Positions 1 through 9,593 of a stretch of 64,000 bases of DNA are shown one piece after another (position 1 is the stretch's first letter; every line of letters starts with the position of its first letter). Where the stretch lies: the IMG/VR virus record IMGVR_UViG_3300014204_000165, positions 12,606 through 76,605 of that record; one strand, written 5' to 3'. The position numbers and the translations under genes are program-made. Below the pieces are notes generated by a model, which did not search any database, was not told the origin of the DNA, and saw only the letters and a program-made list of their open reading frames with translations. Origin of the DNA: a virus. Lineage: Duplodnaviria > Caudoviricetes.

Positions 1-152
1 GTCTTATAAACCCAACTTATCGTCCCGTAAATTGGATCACATTGTTTGCTGGCTGTTCGGGTACATTTATGATCAACAGTTTCACCGTGAGATGCATAAT
101 AATGTTCACAAAGTGTACACCGTCTTTTACTGCAATCTTTTAAAGTACCCAT
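1..152 (-). CDS. Partial Cys-rich hypothetical protein (runs off window start); resembles 3378..3698
   Basis: Manual translation MGTLKDCSKRRCTLCEHYY...HKCTR; CxxC..H.CTR pattern shared with 3378..3698. Confidence 0.5.
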   Translation of the reverse strand, partial: MGTLKDCSKRRCTLCEHYYASHGETVDHKCTRTASKQCDPIYGTISWVYK

Positions 153-340
153 CCAAGTCCCCCAATTACAAGTGCAATTATCCATAATATTATTGATATG
201 TATATTAAAACACCAGATATAATACTACCTTTATCAGGACCGACTGCAAGTAATATTAATCCAGAAAGTGATAGAATTCCCAATGCTATCAGGAAACCAT
301 AAGATAAGGCTATTAAATCTTGTATCATACTTTCACCCAC
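140..340 (-). CDS. Small two-TM membrane protein
   Basis: 66 aa, two hydrophobic stretches, overlaps neighbouring ORFs. Confidence 0.6.
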   Translation of the reverse strand: MGESMIQDLIALSYGFLIALGILSLSGLILLAVGPDKGSIISGVLIYISIILWIIALVIGGLGWVL

Positions 341-678
341 TTATTACCAATCTTGATTTCTTTATAACTTGTCTCCTTATTTACTCCTGCAAGAAATTCC
401 TCATAACTTGAATAGGTAAATTCTGGTTGCCATGTTCCATTTGGGACCGTACCCCAATAAATATCCACTTGCTGGTAGTCAACTAATAACCAGACATGAT
501 CTTGGCGGGGGCTATATAAATAAGTTACGGTGTGGCCCTTGTCTTCATAAAAACTCCCCAAACTTTGCACTGAGTCGTAACAAGATCCTAACTGACCATA
601 GGGAAATTGAACGCCAAGATAATCCTCGGCACTCACTTGGGAAACAAATAGCAAGATAAGTATAAGTAGGAATTTCAT
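325..678 (-). CDS. Secreted/surface hypothetical protein
   Basis: Signal peptide MKFLLILILLFVSQVSA; promoter about 25 nt upstream. Confidence 0.7.
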   Translation of the reverse strand: MKFLLILILLFVSQVSAEDYLGVQFPYGQLGSCYDSVQSLGSFYEDKGHTVTYLYSPRQDHVWLLVDYQQVDIYWGTVPNGTWQPEFTYSSYEEFLAGVNKETSYKEIKIGNKWVKV

Positions 679-700
679 TATAGATAGTTATGTCCTGATT

Positions 701-717
701 GTATAAATACCTTTTGG
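701..717 (-). promoter_or_regulatory. Archaeal BRE-TATA promoter (CCAAAAGGTATTTATAC)
   Basis: Identical 17-mer at 20011-20027; positioned upstream of ORF 678. Confidence 0.75.
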
Positions 718-729
718 TCTGGAAGTATA

Positions 730-1000
730 TTAATTACTATAAATTTATACAATTATTTTTATTATTTTTCTACTTATTGATTTTAACTAAAATTATTAGT
801 ATTTATTATTATTATTTATACCTTTTATATATAGTAAAAAGTAAGTAAGTAATAGTACAGTATATAATAAATAGTTATTAGTAGACTAATTTATAGATAA
901 AATATATACTAGATATAGTAAAAGTAGTAAATTGAATTAGAAATAAAAAAGTACGCTATACTACTATAAGTAGGAATTATTTTGAAGGTAGGTCAATCAG
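730..1000. repeat. AT-rich element copy 1 (inverted relative to 54760-55030)
   Basis: 967-996 is the exact reverse complement of 54762-54791 (30/30); 776-821 matches the reverse complement of 54934-54979 (45/46). Confidence 0.85.
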
Positions 1001-1098
1001 GTCTACTAATAATGATTTTAATGAATTTGGTATATAGTAAGGTACCCTATTATTCTTTAGGCAAAACATTTAAATACTATCAACTCCAATTAATCCTT

Positions 1099-1317
1099 AT
1101 GCCTAACATGATTAAGGTTTGGCCGTGGCTATCAGCACCACGAAAATATAAGAAACTTAGTAAGAGTGGATATGAAGACTGGCTAGCTTATGTCCCTGCA
1201 GAATACTATGAAGAAGTCTATCTGTCCAGATGGCTACCTGCTCTGGATAGTTGCGAGGATCCACAAGAATTTCGATTGCCAAATGGTGATTATGTCTTTA
1301 TTGGAGGGCATGCTTAG
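1099..1317 (+). CDS. Hypothetical protein (start reassigned to ATG 1099)
   Basis: Promoter-like GCAAAACATTTAAATAC at about 1061-1078 precedes this ATG; upstream ORF extension runs through the non-coding repeat. Confidence 0.55.
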   Translation: MPNMIKVWPWLSAPRKYKKLSKSGYEDWLAYVPAEYYEEVYLSRWLPALDSCEDPQEFRLPNGDYVFIGGHA

Positions 1318-1422
1318 ACCAAAATGTTTATATACTAGTTCGTCTTTGTAGTAAGTGCACCCAACCATGAGGAAGAAGGGCTAAAAATCTTGGTTCTTTT
1401 TCTTCATAATAGTTATTAGGAG

Positions 1423-1884
1423 ATGATCCCTTTGTTAAACCTAATTGATATTATTTCCAAGAAACCCGTTGATGATATGTCTTGCCAGGATCTGTACAAA
1501 TCCAAGCAGGTAATTGAGTCTGAAATTGCCAAAAGGAAGGCAGTCAAAACCAAACAAATTAATCAAGAATACAAAGACATCAAGACAATGATCACAAATA
1601 AGTATGATAGATTTGCTTCAGAATTAGGCACTACAATCCCACATAATGAAGAAGATATCTTATGTAATATGAATTGCGTATCACCTATTGATATCTCTAC
1701 ATATCTGGATGATGGTTATCAAATCAGCAATAGTTATGAGTATGCACAACACAGGACTATTATGGAAATTATTAGAATGTTAACAAGAAATAACATACCG
1801 ACTGGTACATTTCTATACTTTATGAGAGAAAATGAACTTAACCAAGTGGAAATGAACAGAAGTAACAAGATAAGTAGGCTTTAG
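1423..1884 (+). CDS. Hypothetical protein
   Basis: 153 aa, SD AGGAG, ends TAG. Confidence 0.65.
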   Translation: MIPLLNLIDIISKKPVDDMSCQDLYKSKQVIESEIAKRKAVKTKQINQEYKDIKTMITNKYDRFASELGTTIPHNEEDILCNMNCVSPIDISTYLDDGYQISNSYEYAQHRTIMEIIRMLTRNNIPTGTFLYFMRENELNQVEMNRSNKISRL

Positions 1885-1887
1885 GAG

Positions 1888-2130
1888 TTGTTTGCATTGT
1901 GGACTATTAAATTAGAAGCAATTAAACCAATTAATGTAAATCTTACACTAACAAATGTAGAAATTTATCAATGTATTTCTGCGCTTAATAATTACGCCTT
2001 AGACGAACGCATACTTGGAAATAATGAACAAGCAAGGAAAATTATAAAAATAGCCATGAATTTAGAAGATCAAATAAAAGGATATCCTGTTAAGGTGAAC
2101 AATGACATCCTGGACCTCAATAAAAGATAG
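1888..2130 (+). CDS. Hypothetical protein
   Basis: 80 aa, tightly packed in operon. Confidence 0.5.
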   Translation: MFALWTIKLEAIKPINVNLTLTNVEIYQCISALNNYALDERILGNNEQARKIIKIAMNLEDQIKGYPVKVNNDILDLNKR

Positions 2131-2326
2131 TTTACCACCTGATAGGACCCTAGTATTCATCTACGGGATTTTTCACGGTTATTATGGTGACAGTCCGCAC
2201 AAATCCATAGGAACCTATTGTTCAGAAGGCGACGTTTGGCAAGACTTGCTTGATCCGTTTCCTGCAAGTAGAGATACCGAAGTAAGGTTTTGGGCTCCGT
2301 TTGAGTGGCCAGAGAATCCAGAATAA
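2102..2326 (+). CDS. DUF551-like small phage protein
   Basis: W-x-S-I-K-D-x-L-P N-terminus and V-x-F-W-x-P C-terminus; SD AGGTGA. Confidence 0.6.
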   Translation: MTSWTSIKDSLPPDRTLVFIYGIFHGYYGDSPHKSIGTYCSEGDVWQDLLDPFPASRDTEVRFWAPFEWPENPE

Positions 2327-2329
2327 GAG

Positions 2330-2539
2330 GTGTTGAATATAACAAGTATCAATTATTTTAATGATTATATTAAAGCACTTGTTATATTTGTTTTGGTATT
2401 ATTAGCGTATAGTTTATATGCAATACTTAATACATTGAATAATGATATAATTTATATAATAATATGGCTTTTGTTATTACTAAGTTTTGCTAATCTAACC
2501 AACAGTATTTCCAATTATTTTAAATACAATAGGAGGTAA
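2330..2539 (+). CDS. Small two-TM membrane protein
   Basis: Hydrophobic 69 aa. Confidence 0.55.
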   Translation: MLNITSINYFNDYIKALVIFVLVLLAYSLYAILNTLNNDIIYIIIWLLLLLSFANLTNSISNYFKYNRR

Positions 2540-2545
2540 TTATAT

Positions 2546-2788
2546 ATGAATAATGGCCCATTGAAAAGTTATAGTTTTCCATATAATAATTTAAAGAACC
2601 AGCCAAATTTCGTTTGGCCAGAAGGTCTTGAACTAACAGTAGATTGTAGAAATTGTAATGGTGAATGGAAAATAAAATTTTATACCCACAATAACGACCC
2701 TTGTATTACAATTGAACCAGTGCAACACGTTGAGGATATGAAAGTGGACTTAGAATGTGGAGTTATAAGTGAAAGTGCGACGGTATAA
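2546..2788 (+). CDS. Hypothetical protein
   Basis: 80 aa, SD AGGAGG, CxxC. Confidence 0.55.
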   Translation: MNNGPLKSYSFPYNNLKNQPNFVWPEGLELTVDCRNCNGEWKIKFYTHNNDPCITIEPVQHVEDMKVDLECGVISESATV

Positions 2789-2789
2789 T

Positions 2790-2966
2790 ATGAGTCACAA
2801 TTATACACTTGTATATGGCCATTATGTTAAGGATCACAAACCTGTTGTGGATGATGAGATTATTGTATTAAGAGATGCTTTACCAGAAGGATATTGGACA
2901 ATACTTGATTTTCTACACCTAGGAGGTCTCCTAAGAATATGGAACTTATGGAGTCATGATGAATGA
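2790..2966 (+). CDS. Hypothetical protein
   Basis: ATG 2790 directly after previous stop; ATGA overlap with next gene. Confidence 0.45.
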   Translation: MSHNYTLVYGHYVKDHKPVVDDEIIVLRDALPEGYWTILDFLHLGGLLRIWNLWSHDE

Positions 2967-3328
2967 AGATGCTCTCTGTTCACCTAATTGAACTTGCTCA
3001 CAAACTGTCACTACGCAGCGACATGCGGCACAAGATCGGGGCAGTTATCTTCAATAATAAGGGACATACCATCTCGGTCGGTTACAATAAGTGGCTGGCA
3101 ATTGGTCAACCTCACATAAATGGTAGTCATAACAAATTTTCAATACACGCCGAAGTAGATGCCTTAACAGGATGCTCCCGAAAGGAACTCTGGGGTGCCT
3201 CACTCCTGGTTATTCGAAGTACCTGGGGTCTTGCTAAACCATGTTCGGCTTGTCAGGCCATAATCTTGAATAGTGGGATAAAGAATGTGTACTTTTCTAA
3301 TGGAAAGAATAAAATAGAAAAATTATAA
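2963..3328 (+). CDS. Zinc-dependent cytidine/dCMP deaminase family protein
   Basis: HKIGAVI, GYN, HAE and PCxxC (KPCSAC) motifs. Confidence 0.9.
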   Translation: MKMLSVHLIELAHKLSLRSDMRHKIGAVIFNNKGHTISVGYNKWLAIGQPHINGSHNKFSIHAEVDALTGCSRKELWGASLLVIRSTWGLAKPCSACQAIILNSGIKNVYFSNGKNKIEKL

Positions 3329-3333
3329 AAATT

Positions 3334-3360
3334 TCCTTTCTATAAACTTTTCAGAAAGGA
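3334..3360. terminator. Possible bidirectional terminator hairpin
   Basis: TCCTTTCT/AGAAAGGA 8-bp stem between convergent genes. Confidence 0.4.
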
Positions 3361-3377
3361 CATTCTGATATAAATTA

Positions 3378-3698
3378 TCACCTACAAGTATCAACTTTCC
3401 AATATCTATACAATTCCCAGAATATTCCGGATTCCTGACAGCCGCCTTTTTTGGATCTTTCCGTTAGACAATCAAGAAATTCCCCTGTTTCTGTGTAAGT
3501 TGTTCCTACTACCAGATTTGTTGTTGATACTGTTTTCCTGAGTCTAGTACATAAGTGGTGTGTTTTATTACTATCACTATACGCCTGAAAATGCGATGGT
3601 GTAACATGAAGGTAATAATCGCAGTCTTTACATAACCGTGATTGTTCTTTTTTTTTCTGTAGTGAATCTATTTCTAGTGTCTTTTTAAATGGCCACAT
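3378..3698 (-). CDS. Cys-rich hypothetical protein
   Basis: CxxC, H.CTR, C..ER...GxC. Confidence 0.6.
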   Translation of the reverse strand: MWPFKKTLEIDSLQKKKEQSRLCKDCDYYLHVTPSHFQAYSDSNKTHHLCTRLRKTVSTTNLVVGTTYTETGEFLDCLTERSKKGGCQESGIFWELYRYWKVDTCR

Positions 3699-3701
3699 AT
3701 A

Positions 3702-3998
3702 TTACTCCTGTAAAGTTATTATTATCTTTTCTTTCTTCTGGAAATAACCTTTTCGAAGGCTTTCCAATGTTACTTTACCACCAGTTGGTTTTGCGTTTTG
3801 CCAGCCAGCTTGGTAGGTGTAACCATCGAATTTGTTTTCATCCCACCATCTATAATACTCGTCTTTGTCATCTTGTACACAATATGTTTCATAATATTCG
3901 AAGAATGAAAATAATTCTTCTAACTTGTCCGTGACGGTTTCGGCGTCGTGGCTGAGTTTCGCTAGGATCTCTAGGACCTGTTCATCTGACTCAATCAT
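3702..3998 (-). CDS. Hypothetical protein
   Basis: 98 aa acidic, packed in operon. Confidence 0.6.
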   Translation of the reverse strand: MIESDEQVLEILAKLSHDAETVTDKLEELFSFFEYYETYCVQDDKDEYYRWWDENKFDGYTYQAGWQNAKPTGGKVTLESLRKGYFQKKEKIIITLQE

Positions 3999-3999
3999 G

Positions 4000-4284
4000 C
4001 TACTCGTGCCTCCTAGCAGGCCCCAGACGAAAGCTAGGAAAATATTTTTTTATGGTTAAGATACAACCAATTTTATCTTTGTTAAAGAGCAAATTAAACA
4101 TTGTGTTATCCAACTCCTTTCTTATTTCACTTTCTGGTAAATCTTTTCGGGAATATCCCGCGGTTACACAATATAGTTTGGCAAATTTTCTTAATGACTG
4201 TTCCTTGTGGCTACTAGCCAACATAAAGGTACCCAGTGCTTCTTTTGTATGATCAGGGAGCATGCTGGCACTCCCTATAGCCAA
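4000..4284 (-). CDS. Hypothetical protein
   Basis: 94 aa, packed in operon, ends TAG. Confidence 0.5.
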   Translation of the reverse strand: MAIGSASMLPDHTKEALGTFMLASSHKEQSLRKFAKLYCVTAGYSRKDLPESEIRKELDNTMFNLLFNKDKIGCILTIKKYFPSFRLGPARRHE

Positions 4285-4522
4285 AATCGAAGAAAGGCAC
4301 TAACATTTTGATATCAATGTCTTCCCAACAGAACTTGTCCGGTAATTTTATCCTTTCGGCGAATAGGTCTAGTGTTTTGTCGCTAGATTTACACCCACTT
4401 AATGCCTGATGTGCACCTAGCGTAAAGTTAAGTGCAGAAAATCGCCTTATCCTGATTGGTCCTTGAGCATGACTAAACTCGATAAGTCTTTGCATGCTGT
4501 CTTCTAGGTCTCTAGTTAACAT
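4253..4522 (-). CDS. Hypothetical protein
   Basis: SD AGGAGG and promoter at 4553-4571. Confidence 0.6.
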   Translation of the reverse strand: MLTRDLEDSMQRLIEFSHAQGPIRIRRFSALNFTLGAHQALSGCKSSDKTLDLFAERIKLPDKFCWEDIDIKMLVPFFDFGYRECQHAP

Positions 4523-4552
4523 TATATCCTCCTATAAAGTGAATCAGTCTTT

Positions 4553-4571
4553 GTATTTAAATAGTTTTTGG
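4553..4571 (-). promoter_or_regulatory. BRE-TATA promoter
   Basis: CCAAAAACTATTTAAATAC. Confidence 0.65.
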
Positions 4572-4835
4572 TTAGTCGCAAATCATGACATGAATTGTAT
4601 TAGTGTCTCGTAATTTTCCTAGGTAGAAACACTTTTGATGAATAATAGTTCGATTATCGTCCGATAATATAGCGAACATTGCTAGGAGCAGGACCCGACT
4701 TCTATTTAATATTGTATAGAATAAATTTAATTGATCTTGTGTTAGCGAAATATAACATTCATCATGATCAAAGTTATCCTCTTGTAGATTGAAACATTCT
4801 ATAGAGGTTACGTCATGTTCGAATACTATTTTCAT
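4572..4835 (-). CDS. Paralog family A member 3
   Basis: MKIVFEHDVTSIECFN N-terminus shared with next two ORFs. Confidence 0.7.
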   Translation of the reverse strand: MKIVFEHDVTSIECFNLQEDNFDHDECYISLTQDQLNLFYTILNRSRVLLLAMFAILSDDNRTIIHQKCFYLGKLRDTNTIHVMICD

Positions 4836-5136
4836 GCATGCTCCTACAAGCGACTTCTACAATCGAAACTAAATCATATGATTCAGTGGTTGGTATCGTG
4901 AAAACAAGGCCATTCCGTGGTGCAAATCCGTCAACAGTACAATTATAATACATTGTATCTCGGTGATTATTATCAAGCCTGAATCTTAGTGAATATGGAA
5001 ACGGACATCGACTTATTATGTCATGGCATAAATCATAATTTTCCTTATCCAAGATTACTTGACCTTGGCTATAGGAATATCGTGCAAAGTTAGTGCAAGC
5101 AATCTCATGGATGTCGTGATCAAAGAGGATGTACAT
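4813..5136 (-). CDS. Paralog family A member 2
   Basis: MYILFDHDIHEIACTN. Confidence 0.7.
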   Translation of the reverse strand: MYILFDHDIHEIACTNFARYSYSQGQVILDKENYDLCHDIISRCPFPYSLRFRLDNNHRDTMYYNCTVDGFAPRNGLVFTIPTTESYDLVSIVEVACRSMHENSIRT

Positions 5137-5481
5137 TTAATCAGTCCTGTATACATTTATTCTTGTCGTGCCCCACTCAGTATAACTTCTTGGTTCATTA
5201 TTGCTACGAACACCAATAACTGGAGATACTTCAAAATAAACATTCCTCAGGAATCTATCTATTCTTGTTACCACACAGTACTTTATCTCTTTATTATCAT
5301 CAACCAACATGAATTTATTTGGTTCTTGTTCGTTACGCACAAATTTTCTAAAGTTTATTCTAGTGAAGTTTAGTATTCCACCAGGTGGTCTTGGATCAAA
5401 ACTATGATGATAACATCCATCTAATAGTTCGATAAGATTACAAGGAATTTCTTGGATATTATGCTCAAAGATAAGTTTCAT
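5137..5481 (-). CDS. Paralog family A member 1 (start reassigned to ATG 5481)
   Basis: MKLIFEHNIQEIPCNL; ATGA overlap with upstream gene. Confidence 0.7.
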   Translation of the reverse strand: MKLIFEHNIQEIPCNLIELLDGCYHHSFDPRPPGGILNFTRINFRKFVRNEQEPNKFMLVDDNKEIKYCVVTRIDRFLRNVYFEVSPVIGVRSNNEPRSYTEWGTTRINVYRTD

Positions 5482-5813
5482 ATAGCACCTACTGCGTGGC
5501 ATGCCTGGAATTCCTCAATTGAGCCAAATTGATATAACTCGTCTCTATATTCATCTGGTGATATGGGGCCAGTTAGTAATTTATCCAAGAGATACTGTAA
5601 ATATGGATATGCACCAGATACTATCAAATAAGTCTCTCCCAAAGCAAATGGTAGTATCTTTTCTATTTTTAAGAATGTCCAACCAAGTGCATGCGGGCTA
5701 GGGGTCGAATATGTTATTAGGCCGTCACGAATGTTAACAGACTTCGCGATGTATGTTTTTCTTGGGTCCTGAATATCTAGGATGCCTTGGGAATTTAATG
5801 TAATTCTTTTCAT
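5478..5813 (-). CDS. Paralog family B member
   Basis: MKRITLNSQGILDIQDPRKTY...YLQY...F.S.EEF. Confidence 0.75.
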   Translation of the reverse strand: MKRITLNSQGILDIQDPRKTYIAKSVNIRDGLITYSTPSPHALGWTFLKIEKILPFALGETYLIVSGAYPYLQYLLDKLLTGPISPDEYRDELYQFGSIEEFQACHAVGAI

Positions 5814-6136
5814 TAAATTTCACCTCGCGCATGACAATGGGCAAATTCGTCCTTGGACTCGAATTGATAAAGGTGTCCGATATAACTATCTTGATTACGT
5901 TGGCAAAATTTTAGACCAGCTTCGCATGAATATTGTAAGTATGGTTCATCAAATAGTAACCAAGATGTTTGTCCAAGTATTTCAAGTATTTTAAATCCGT
6001 GAATATTTGGTCCATTGTTCATATTAATCCAATAATTTGTACTATTACTATGGATTATATATATTTTAAATATAAAGCATTTTGTTGGATTAATTATATT
6101 AAAGGTACCATCTGGGTTCAAGGTTAGTTCTTTCAT
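5813..6136 (-). CDS. Paralog family B member
   Basis: MKELTLNPDGTFNIINPTK...YLQY...FES.DEF. Confidence 0.75.
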   Translation of the reverse strand: MKELTLNPDGTFNIINPTKCFIFKIYIIHSNSTNYWINMNNGPNIHGFKILEILGQTSWLLFDEPYLQYSCEAGLKFCQRNQDSYIGHLYQFESKDEFAHCHARGEI

Positions 6137-6501
6137 AACTGATGCTTCCTAACGGTATGCTTACACCGTTTATTTCTTATAACTTGGTGAGACTTTACTT
6201 GTTCGGTGCCGTCTGGCAAGATCTCGACTTTCTCCTTGGTAATCTTTCTATTGGATAGTTCTATCTGCTTGTTATGGGCAATGCCATCTACTGGGATAAG
6301 TTCGGTTTCAAAACGACCCCTATTCGTGACGGACTGCGTAGTTACAAGATTAGTTTCCTGAAGTTCTTTAAGGGCATTTATTGTCTGGGTACTCTCGGTA
6401 TAAGTCAGTGCTTCTATTAGATTGTCCACAGTTACGATCCTGTTTTTATTCCTGCGCTGGATCTTGGCCAGTAGTTGTTGGGCGTTTTCGGATAATGTCA
6501 T
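6133..6501 (-). CDS. Putative winged-helix DNA-binding protein
   Basis: HTH-like TVDNLIEAL...TINALKELQETNLV followed by beta-wing; basic. Confidence 0.55.
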   Translation of the reverse strand: MTLSENAQQLLAKIQRRNKNRIVTVDNLIEALTYTESTQTINALKELQETNLVTTQSVTNRGRFETELIPVDGIAHNKQIELSNRKITKEKVEILPDGTEQVKSHQVIRNKRCKHTVRKHQL

Positions 6502-6660
6502 TTAATTCAATCCCGTCCACATACCTATCAATACTGCTACGATCCCTGTTAGTATGAACCACTTAGAATCTGGATCATTTTGAGTATATTTATTTATTCC
6601 AATACATAAAACTAGACATCCTAATAATACAAATGCTATAACGTCAGGATAAAAAGTCAT
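6502..6660 (-). CDS. Small two-TM membrane protein (not in ORF track)
   Basis: 52 aa MTFYPDVIAFVLLGCLVLCIG..., fills the gap between genes with ATGA overlap. Confidence 0.5.
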   Translation of the reverse strand: MTFYPDVIAFVLLGCLVLCIGINKYTQNDPDSKWFILTGIVAVLIGMWTGLN

Positions 6661-7052
6661 CTCGGCCACCACTTTGGTTCGCCATCATAAAGGTATTGAT
6701 AGACACCACCACGAGATATTTGGGTTATGATTTTACCAGTGGGTGTTATGAACTCGCGCTCATATCCATCTTCTCGTTCGTAAGGTGAATTATCATTTGG
6801 ATCTAAATTCCAGCAAGGACAATGACCATGATAATCTTGCCAACATGTAGTATCTATATCACATGTTCCTATTGGACGTTCCTCTGACTTACCTTGGAAA
6901 TGCCAATTTCGACAAGTTTCACACCGCTCTTGCCAGATAAAATGATGTATTCTCCAGGAAATGTGGTCATACCAAAAGTCAGGTAACACTATATATCGCC
7001 AATTTTCGTAAAGAATTTGGACATGCTTGTACAGGTTATTAACTATTTTCAT
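6657..7052 (-). CDS. Cys/Trp-rich hypothetical protein
   Basis: CxxC..C..C..C pattern; SD GAGGTGA before ATG 7052. Confidence 0.55.
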   Translation of the reverse strand: MKIVNNLYKHVQILYENWRYIVLPDFWYDHISWRIHHFIWQERCETCRNWHFQGKSEERPIGTCDIDTTCWQDYHGHCPCWNLDPNDNSPYEREDGYEREFITPTGKIITQISRGGVYQYLYDGEPKWWPR

Positions 7053-7216
7053 CTTATCACCTCGATCCAAAGTGATTTCACAAGGTTAGTGTTGCCTTTA
7101 TTAATGAGATCTGTACATTCTTGTAGTGAAGACATAAAGTTGGATCGTGCTACTTTATTTTCGAAGAGCATGGCTATGCGATATTTTAGAGTCATAAAAA
7201 GTAGTTAAATTGCTAA

Positions 7217-7233
7217 GTATAAAAAGGTTTTGG
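7217..7233 (-). promoter_or_regulatory. BRE-TATA promoter
   Basis: CCAAAACCTTTTTATAC. Confidence 0.6.
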
Positions 7234-7436
7234 ATAAAAAAGTTAATCGCTATTATATTGTATCGTTAGCAATATTGCTAATATGCCATTAAAAATAATA
7301 GTATTTGTATCTTGTATAAAATAATAATTATATGCACAAGTAAGTAATGTCAATATCGATACGATTCCAACTATAGTTTTCCAAGTGTTATTCGTCATAA
7401 TATCTCCTTATACTTGATTATATAAATACTTATTGG

Positions 7437-8804
7437 TTAAAGTCTCTTCAGTCTTGTATTACAAAGACATGTATGTCTCTCGCCTCCGAAATCCCGAATC
7501 CCATGCTGATACCAAGGAATGCATTGCTTAAGGATTTTACCATATGGGACTTCGTGTAGGGGATCAATACGATTTAACTTGCAAAACCTCTTATATTCTG
7601 CATAAATAACGGATTTTGCAACACACTCATCTGCAACTTCTTCTAAGCATTGTTCCACAAAGGACATGATGGGATCTGATTGGCGCTTATATTCATCTTT
7701 GGCTTCTGCGACCTCAAAGCTATTGTCGAATTGGCCGTTTTCCAGCAAGGGATCTAAATAAGGCAGGACCATATTAAGGAGTCCACTTAATTCGTAAGGG
7801 TCCAAGATTTGCTTGAGATCATCTGAACTTTCGGCTCGTTCTTGTTCAGAAAATACATGATCAAATGGCAATATTTCAATGCGTCTGTAAAATCCAGACG
7901 TATCATCCTTGACTCTGGGCAAGCGATTCGCAGCAAATATTATTTTGGCAAAGTTAATAAAATCAAAAGCCTGCTCACCTTTCTTTTGGGCCCTAATTAC
8001 GTCCTTATTACTCGTAATCATCTTAAGGATGTTGACATTGGGCAAGGTTTGTTGGGAAAGGTCGCCATTTTCATTCAAGAGTTTGTTCCTTAGGTCACTT
8101 GTCGCGAATCTGTCTTCTTCTAGGTCATGCATACTGGTTGAACATACATTTTCTGAACCAAGCATCGCCCTAATAATATCAATGAAGTGGGACTTACCTG
8201 TACCACCTGGTCCCAATAAGATAAATGCCTTCTGGATGGGGTAATTTCTATATAGACAATATGCTATAAATTCCATAGCCTTTCGGAAGTCTTCCTTGCG
8301 TAAGATTTTCTCAAAGACTCTCAGAATAGTTGGACAAGTTGCCTTAGGATCATAAACAACATCTAACTGGATGCGGGAAAAGTCGGTACCATCTGGTGAG
8401 TGTGGTCGGAATTCTCCAGTGCGCCAATTCAAAATGCCATTTTTACAGTTTATGAGGTCAAGGTTAGCGTCAAATTTACTAGATTCCTGATAAGTTAGGC
8501 CCTTAATGATACCAAGGACTTCCTTGAGGAGGGTTGAGTTGTAAATTGTTTGACCAGTTGTTTTATGATAACCTGACAAGATTGTGACCAGGATCTTTTG
8601 CACGAGTTCCTTACCATTTGGATGATATCGGCCAGCAGCATATATGACCATTTCGTTAGATTCGATTAATGTAGCTATGGGAGCATGTCTTATGATCATG
8701 TGGGCAAGTTTAGCATGATTGACAGCTACAATTTCATCCCGCATTTTGGGATGGTATTCAAAGCAGGATTGGACTTCTTCATTTCCGAAATCTTGAAAAG
8801 ACAT
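7437..8804 (-). CDS. D5/P4-family SF3 helicase (no primase domain)
   Basis: D5_N-like LINCKNGILNW, Walker A GPGGTGKS, KLLNENGD, IIFAAN, FYRRIEILPF. Confidence 0.92.
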   Translation of the reverse strand: MSFQDFGNEEVQSCFEYHPKMRDEIVAVNHAKLAHMIIRHAPIATLIESNEMVIYAAGRYHPNGKELVQKILVTILSGYHKTTGQTIYNSTLLKEVLGIIKGLTYQESSKFDANLDLINCKNGILNWRTGEFRPHSPDGTDFSRIQLDVVYDPKATCPTILRVFEKILRKEDFRKAMEFIAYCLYRNYPIQKAFILLGPGGTGKSHFIDIIRAMLGSENVCSTSMHDLEEDRFATSDLRNKLLNENGDLSQQTLPNVNILKMITSNKDVIRAQKKGEQAFDFINFAKIIFAANRLPRVKDDTSGFYRRIEILPFDHVFSEQERAESSDDLKQILDPYELSGLLNMVLPYLDPLLENGQFDNSFEVAEAKDEYKRQSDPIMSFVEQCLEEVADECVAKSVIYAEYKRFCKLNRIDPLHEVPYGKILKQCIPWYQHGIRDFGGERHTCLCNTRLKRL

Positions 8805-9041
8805 TATTAAAACTCCTATATGATTTTAAAAAAATATTATAATATAAATTCACATTTTTCAGTACAATACACACAACAATCTTTACATATACCATATCTT
8901 ATATATTTAGCGCATAAAAAAGGTGACAACTCAATTGGATGTGGTTCACGTTGGGTTATTTTAATTACAACGCAACCATCACATTGTTTTGGAATTAGTG
9001 ACTTCATGCATCCAGCCACCACTTGGTCACTGGATCCATTT

Positions 9042-9290
9042 TCATTGTTCTTCCTCTTGCATGGCTAGTTTTTCCAATGCATTATACATTCGCTTGTATA
9101 AAAGACGGGCCTGAAACTTCATAGCATCTTCTTGATCGGCTACAATAGAGATGTCGAAGCCATGCTCATTTAAGACGGTCCTTAATTCTTGGAACATCTC
9201 GTTGATTGTTTCTTGGCTGCGCTCGTCTGCGGATTGGTCGTCAACAATCAATGTAAAGCCAGATCCTCGAATTTGGTCACTTGTTAGCAA
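9042..9290 (-). CDS. Hypothetical protein
   Basis: 82 aa, SD GGAG. Confidence 0.55.
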   Translation of the reverse strand: MLTSDQIRGSGFTLIVDDQSADERSQETINEMFQELRTVLNEHGFDISIVADQEDAMKFQARLLYKRMYNALEKLAMQEEEQ

Positions 9291-9305
9291 TTAATTTATC
9301 TCCTG

Positions 9306-9593
9306 CTATCTACAAATAGAAATCACAAAATATGGAAAGTACCAACCACCTTGAAACGTCGGATAATTAGTGTCATCATCTTTTCGCAAGCAGATTCCAT
9401 TTTCATTTATTTTTATAATTCTTGCCTGTTGATTAATATATTCGTCCATGTGCGGCGAGGCCCAAGGAGCTTGCCAACCAGCTTCGAAGTTTTTTGCTCG
9501 GCATAATACAGTTACGGTATCTCCGATATGGCCCTTGAAACTTTTCTGAGCGTTTGCATACCTTTCGGTATCATTAAGGGGCAATTTAATCAC
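9306..9593 (-). CDS. Paralog family C member (KOW/SH3-like)
   Basis: F...IGD.V.VLC.A...E.GW...W...Y.PYFV. Confidence 0.7.
   Translation of the reverse strand: MIKLPLNDTERYANAQKSFKGHIGDTVTVLCRAKNFEAGWQAPWASPHMDEYINQQARIIKINENGICLRKDDDTNYPTFQGGWYFPYFVISICR

Noticed and set aside
982-1098. N-terminal extension of the 982..1317 ORF
   Set aside because: It runs through the conserved repeat block and promoter; ATG 1099 is a better start.
7266-7281. Perfect 16-bp palindrome TTAGCAATATTGCTAA
   Set aside because: Single occurrence in AT-rich DNA; cannot distinguish an operator from chance.
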